A stretch of DNA of 64,000 nt from Acidobacteriota bacterium (GTDB lineage Bacteria > Acidobacteriota > UBA890 > WLXD01). Location: the NCBI GenBank assembly GCA_963666055.2, contig CAXWPH010000012.1, positions 288,001-352,000 of the forward strand, read 5' to 3'. The notes below the pieces were generated by a model that worked only from the letters and a program-made list of their open reading frames with translations, did no database searches and was not told the origin of the DNA. The position numbers and the translations under genes were made by a program. Positions 60,118 to 64,000 of the stretch are shown piece after piece (positions within the stretch are counted from its first letter, which is position 1; each line of letters begins with the position of its first letter).

Positions 60118-62916
60118 CTACCGGCGCTGCGTATCAGCGCCCTCTGCCGCGGCCTCCTCCTCGTCCTCCTCCACGTCGGCCTCGTCGGCCGGCGGTGCCC
60201 AGAAGTCAGCGTCGCCCACCTCGCCCGCGGCATGTCCGCCGTGAAACAGCAGCGCGTTGAACAGCGTGCGGAACGTGCCGAGCGACTGACCGCGCCACTG
60301 CGGCCGGAAACCGAACAGGACCACGTGGCCGTCGCCGTGGTGCACATCGAGCGCCGCGGCGTAGCCTCGCAGGTGCTCCTCACCAAGCAGAAACCCCGAC
60401 AGCAGCGGCGAACCGTACTCGCGATACTTCGCCAGCGCCGCCCCCTCGAACCCCTCCTCGGTGGTGAACACTGGGCTGTTGGTCACCAGGATAGGAGCAC
60501 GCTCGGGCATACCCGCCATAATCGGATGGGTCGGGTCGGTGGTGACCTCCATGATCGACCCGCTCGAGAAGAACTCCGTCCGGCTCAGCTCGCCCACGAC
60601 GTTACGCACCGGCAGATGCAGCTGATCGATGGCGAAGAGGCTGCTGTTGTTCATGCAAACCAGCGTGCCGCCGGCGCGTACGAACTCGTCGAGCGCCCGC
60701 ACTCCTTCGGGTCCGATGCCGCCAGCGTAGCGTGGCGGCACCGAGCCCACGGCGGCGCCGTCCATGATGGCGTCGCCCTGCCGACTGCGCATATCGGCCA
60801 AGACGATCACATCGTAGCGGTCGATCAGATCTCCGGCCCGCATGTCGGCATTATAGATATTGCGATAGTCGAAGTCGTACATCTCCAGCACCCAGCGGGT
60901 CCAGCCTTCATCGATGCTCGGCTGCCATGGTCGATACGACCCGATCCGAGGACGCTCGACCCGAGTGCCAGCAGCTGTGCCGCGCCGCGCCTGCAGCGCC
61001 AGATCGGCGACCATCGAGTTGACGGTCGCGGCATCCAGCCCGCTGATCGCATAGCTGCCTCCTGAGTCCCCGTCATCGGCGACGAACGTCACACGCCCTC
61101 CCCCACTCCAGGCGCGGTTGATGGCACGAAAAGCGTTGTTCTGGCCCGGATCGACGATCAACGCCGGGCCGCTACCGCGCGCCTCCCCCGCCGGCGGCAC
61201 GATTCCCGCGGCTACCGGATTCCTATCGAACCCGACGCCCGGGGCGTTGTCGAAGGGCGCTGCATCCGGCTCGCTGGCGTTGTCGTCGGCGACCTCCCAG
61301 GAAACCGCCTCACCGCGCACCGGTTGCATAGCGGCCAGCACCGTGGCGTCCAGCGGCGACCCCGCCGCCACCGCCCGAACTCCCATCTGGTACGGCAGCG
61401 TCCAGCCGGCGTGATCGTAGGGCAGGTCCGGAGGGCCATCGGGGAACTGTCGAATATCTGGATATCGCTGCACCGATAACAGCGAGTCGGTGAAGCTCCC
61501 GGTCGAGCGGTCCAGCGGGATCACCCAGGTGCCGGCCGCGAACGTCTGCTGCTCGAACGTTACCTGCTCGGTGAGTTGGTATAAGGAAACGCTGTGGTAG
61601 GCGAGCCGCCGCAACATTTCCACCGCCGCCACCGGATCGCGCTGCTGCTGGGGCACGAAATACGCGTAGCGCGGTCCTTCACGGAAGCCCTGAATTGTGT
61701 CCCGCGCCGCCTGGTAGCGGTTGTAGAGAATGTCCCAGCGATACTTGGCAGCCACATCGAGCGTCGACGTCGAGGTGGCGAGCATGTAGTCGACCGAGTC
61801 GCGCAGGCGCCACCAGCCACCTCTCCAGAGGCTGGCATGCAACGTCCCCGGCAGCAGCGCTCGATCGTCTGGCGGGAAATCGCGCACCGTGTAAAACCGC
61901 GGCGTTGGCGAGCCGTGGAGGCCCGCCTCGCTGAACATGATGACGATGTTGTGGAAGAAGTTGATGAAGTCGATGTAGCCGGGGTACCACGCGTCGTACA
62001 CCTCGCCCATGTGCTCGGCCCCCGGCAGCCCACGCTCATCGAGCGCCGCCGCCGCCGCCGTTCCCATGAGGTTCACCATGCGGTTCATCAGCGGGTGCAC
62101 GTTCGGATAGATTGGCTCGCCATAGGGCGGCAGCCAGATCGTCGCCGGCATGCTCGCCGTCATGTGGTGACTGTAGATGACCTGCGGCTCCCAGTGCCGG
62201 TTCACACCCACGGCGACCCGCGACTCGAGCATGTTGAGCCCGTAGCCGTCGCGGTTGTTGTCGTGGCCGATGTACTTCTGGTACAAGCGCGGCAGGCGAG
62301 CAGTCTCGTACGGAGTGCCGAGGTTCTCCGCATACCAGTCGGCAACCATGGTCTGGCCGTCGGGATTGATCGACGGCCACAGCAACAGGATCACGTTGTC
62401 GAGAATGGCACGCCCCTCGGCACCCTCCTTCTCGGTGACGATGTCGTAGGCCAGTTGAATCGTGTGTTGAGCGTGAGCCGTCTCGCTGGCGTGCAGGCCG
62501 CCGTCGATGGCGACAATCGCCTTGCCCTCATCGGCCAACTGGCGGGCCGCTTCGTCGGTGAGGTCGTCGGGATGGGCCAGCCGCAGCGCGATCTCGCGAT
62601 AGCGCTCGACGTTGGCCAGGTTCTCTGCCGAGGAGATCAACGCGATGTACGTGGCACGACCCTCAGAGGTGCGCCCGACCTGCCGCAGTTCGACACGGTC
62701 GGACGCTGCCGCCAGGGCCCGAAAGTAGGCGATCGACTGCTCGTAGTTGGCGAGCTTGAAGTCGTCGCCGACGCGGAAGCCGAGCACCGACTCCGGTGTG
62801 GGTATGCCGGCAGTGGGATCCTGCGGGGCGCCGGAAGCCGCAGCGGCCGGTGCCGTGCTCAAGCTAACGACCGTTATCAGGCCCAGCGACAACCTGGCGA
62901 GTGCCTTCGAGCTCAT
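60118..62916 (-). CDS. Secreted M14 zinc carboxypeptidase family protein
   Basis: GLHASE, NPDG, GHDNNRD, C-terminal DEGWTRW/GATase-like domain; start MSSKAL. Confidence 0.88.
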   Translation of the reverse strand: MSSKALARLSLGLITVVSLSTAPAAAASGAPQDPTAGIPTPESVLGFRVGDDFKLANYEQSIAYFRALAAASDRVELRQVGRTSEGRATYIALISSAENLANVERYREIALRLAHPDDLTDEAARQLADEGKAIVAIDGGLHASETAHAQHTIQLAYDIVTEKEGAEGRAILDNVILLLWPSINPDGQTMVADWYAENLGTPYETARLPRLYQKYIGHDNNRDGYGLNMLESRVAVGVNRHWEPQVIYSHHMTASMPATIWLPPYGEPIYPNVHPLMNRMVNLMGTAAAAALDERGLPGAEHMGEVYDAWYPGYIDFINFFHNIVIMFSEAGLHGSPTPRFYTVRDFPPDDRALLPGTLHASLWRGGWWRLRDSVDYMLATSTSTLDVAAKYRWDILYNRYQAARDTIQGFREGPRYAYFVPQQQRDPVAAVEMLRRLAYHSVSLYQLTEQVTFEQQTFAAGTWVIPLDRSTGSFTDSLLSVQRYPDIRQFPDGPPDLPYDHAGWTLPYQMGVRAVAAGSPLDATVLAAMQPVRGEAVSWEVADDNASEPDAAPFDNAPGVGFDRNPVAAGIVPPAGEARGSGPALIVDPGQNNAFRAINRAWSGGGRVTFVADDGDSGGSYAISGLDAATVNSMVADLALQARRGTAAGTRVERPRIGSYRPWQPSIDEGWTRWVLEMYDFDYRNIYNADMRAGDLIDRYDVIVLADMRSRQGDAIMDGAAVGSVPPRYAGGIGPEGVRALDEFVRAGGTLVCMNNSSLFAIDQLHLPVRNVVGELSRTEFFSSGSIMEVTTDPTHPIMAGMPERAPILVTNSPVFTTEEGFEGAALAKYREYGSPLLSGFLLGEEHLRGYAAALDVHHGDGHVVLFGFRPQWRGQSLGTFRTLFNALLFHGGHAAGEVGDADFWAPPADEADVEEDEEEAAAEGADTQRR

Positions 62917-63064
62917 TGCGCCCCCTCGTATCACGTCGGTAACCGATCTAGTCCAGGCGATTCTCGGCGAAGTAACACCGAATGTGAAGGGCCCTCGCAG
63001 GATCGGTCGGAAGGCCAGGACTGGTATCTTGATGGCGCCCCTCTCCACCTCGAAGGACGACTCG

Positions 63065-64000
63065 ATGTCTGAGCGCAACCAGCCCCTCGGTGGCAACGAG
63101 ATGCCCCGCTTCGGCGGCCCAGGCACCATGATGCGGTTGCCCTCCCGACCGGACGCGGCCGGCCTCGACGCATGCTTCGTCGGCGTACCGATGGATATTG
63201 GCGCCTCGAATCGCCCGGGGACCCGGTACGGGCCACGCTATATCCGCATGGAATCGGCGCTAATCCGCCCGTACCACATGGCCACTCGCGCGGCGCCGTT
63301 CGATTCGCTGACCGTCGCGGATATCGGCGACGTGGCCATCAACACCTTCAACCTGAAGGCGTCGGTCGACATCATCACAGCGGCGTACGACGAGATCCTG
63401 GCGCACGACTGCGTCCCCCTGACGCTCGGCGGCGACCACACCATCGTATTGCCGATCCTGCGCGCCATGCGCAAAAAGTACGGTCCCGTCGGGGTGGTGC
63501 ATGTCGACGCCCACACCGACATCAATGACGAGATGTTCGGTGAGGACATCGCCCACGGAACCCCGTTTCGGCGCGCCGTGGAGGAGGGACTCATCGAGCC
63601 GCGGCGCACCGTGCAGATCGGCGTGCGCGGCAGCGGATACGCGCCCGATGACTTCGATTGGTCGCGCCGGCAGGGCATCCGGGTGGTCGAAGCGGAACAG
63701 TACTGGCATCGCTCGCTGAGCCCCTTGATGGACGAGGTTCGCGAGCAACTCGGCGCCGGGCCCGTTTACGTGAGCTTCGATATAGACAGCCTCGACCCGG
63801 CCTATGCGCCGGGAACCGGCACGCCGGAGATCGGCGGCCTGACCTCCATCCAAGGTCTGGAGATCGTCCGCGGATGCCACGGAATGGATATCATCGGTGG
63901 CGACCTGGTAGAGGTCTCACCGCCCTACGACACCTCCGGCAACACGGCGCTGACCGGGGCTAACATTCTGTTCGAGATCCTCTGTGTGCTTCCTGGCGTA
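63065..64000 (+). CDS. Agmatinase/guanidinobutyrase (ureohydrolase), truncated by the window edge
   Basis: Manual translation: QPLGGNEMPRFGG, GGDHT, DAHTD, HGTPF, SFDIDSLDP..APGTG, VEVSPPYD. Confidence 0.93.
   Translation, partial: MSERNQPLGGNEMPRFGGPGTMMRLPSRPDAAGLDACFVGVPMDIGASNRPGTRYGPRYIRMESALIRPYHMATRAAPFDSLTVADIGDVAINTFNLKASVDIITAAYDEILAHDCVPLTLGGDHTIVLPILRAMRKKYGPVGVVHVDAHTDINDEMFGEDIAHGTPFRRAVEEGLIEPRRTVQIGVRGSGYAPDDFDWSRRQGIRVVEAEQYWHRSLSPLMDEVREQLGAGPVYVSFDIDSLDPAYAPGTGTPEIGGLTSIQGLEIVRGCHGMDIIGGDLVEVSPPYDTSGNTALTGANILFEILCVLPGV

Noticed and set aside
63172-63963. Short ORFs listed at the window end
   Set aside because: The real gene is the ureohydrolase from 63065, omitted from the track because its stop lies outside the window

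Overview
GC-rich bacterial window, most likely Acidobacteriota (ADOP-type duplicated permease, CRTAC1/ASPIC-UnbV protein, large M14 peptidase, mtnP-pfkB-coaX block); the taxonomy is an inference. Most of it is housekeeping or common accessory content: carnitine catabolism (cdhC-lcdH), phhB/arsC, LonC, folE, plsC, recN, tol-pal-cpoB, ssb, RNase P RNA, skp, groESL with a CIRCE box, purC, glpKD, blaI/blaR-like and an agmatinase-family gene. The standout is a roughly 11-kb locus at 34.5-45.6 kb. It combines PAPS-making and PAP-recycling genes (sat, cysC, cysQ) with three alkaline-phosphatase-superfamily (NPP-like) enzymes predicted to be cytoplasmic, membrane-anchored and lipoprotein, two small ribbon-helix-helix proteins, a DUF106/EMC3-like membrane protein and a convergent non-canonical sulfatase. 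It has no reductase or classical sulfotransferase. Four of these proteins end in a shared [K/R]LxxLGY[L/I] tail. It is a candidate undescribed sulfo-transfer/envelope sulfation system. Two families of CTAG-targeting MITEs, mostly sitting on TAG stop codons, are scattered through the window. Four genes carry frameshifts or a nonsense codon, which could be sequencing error or decay. All family assignments come from motif recognition, not database searches.
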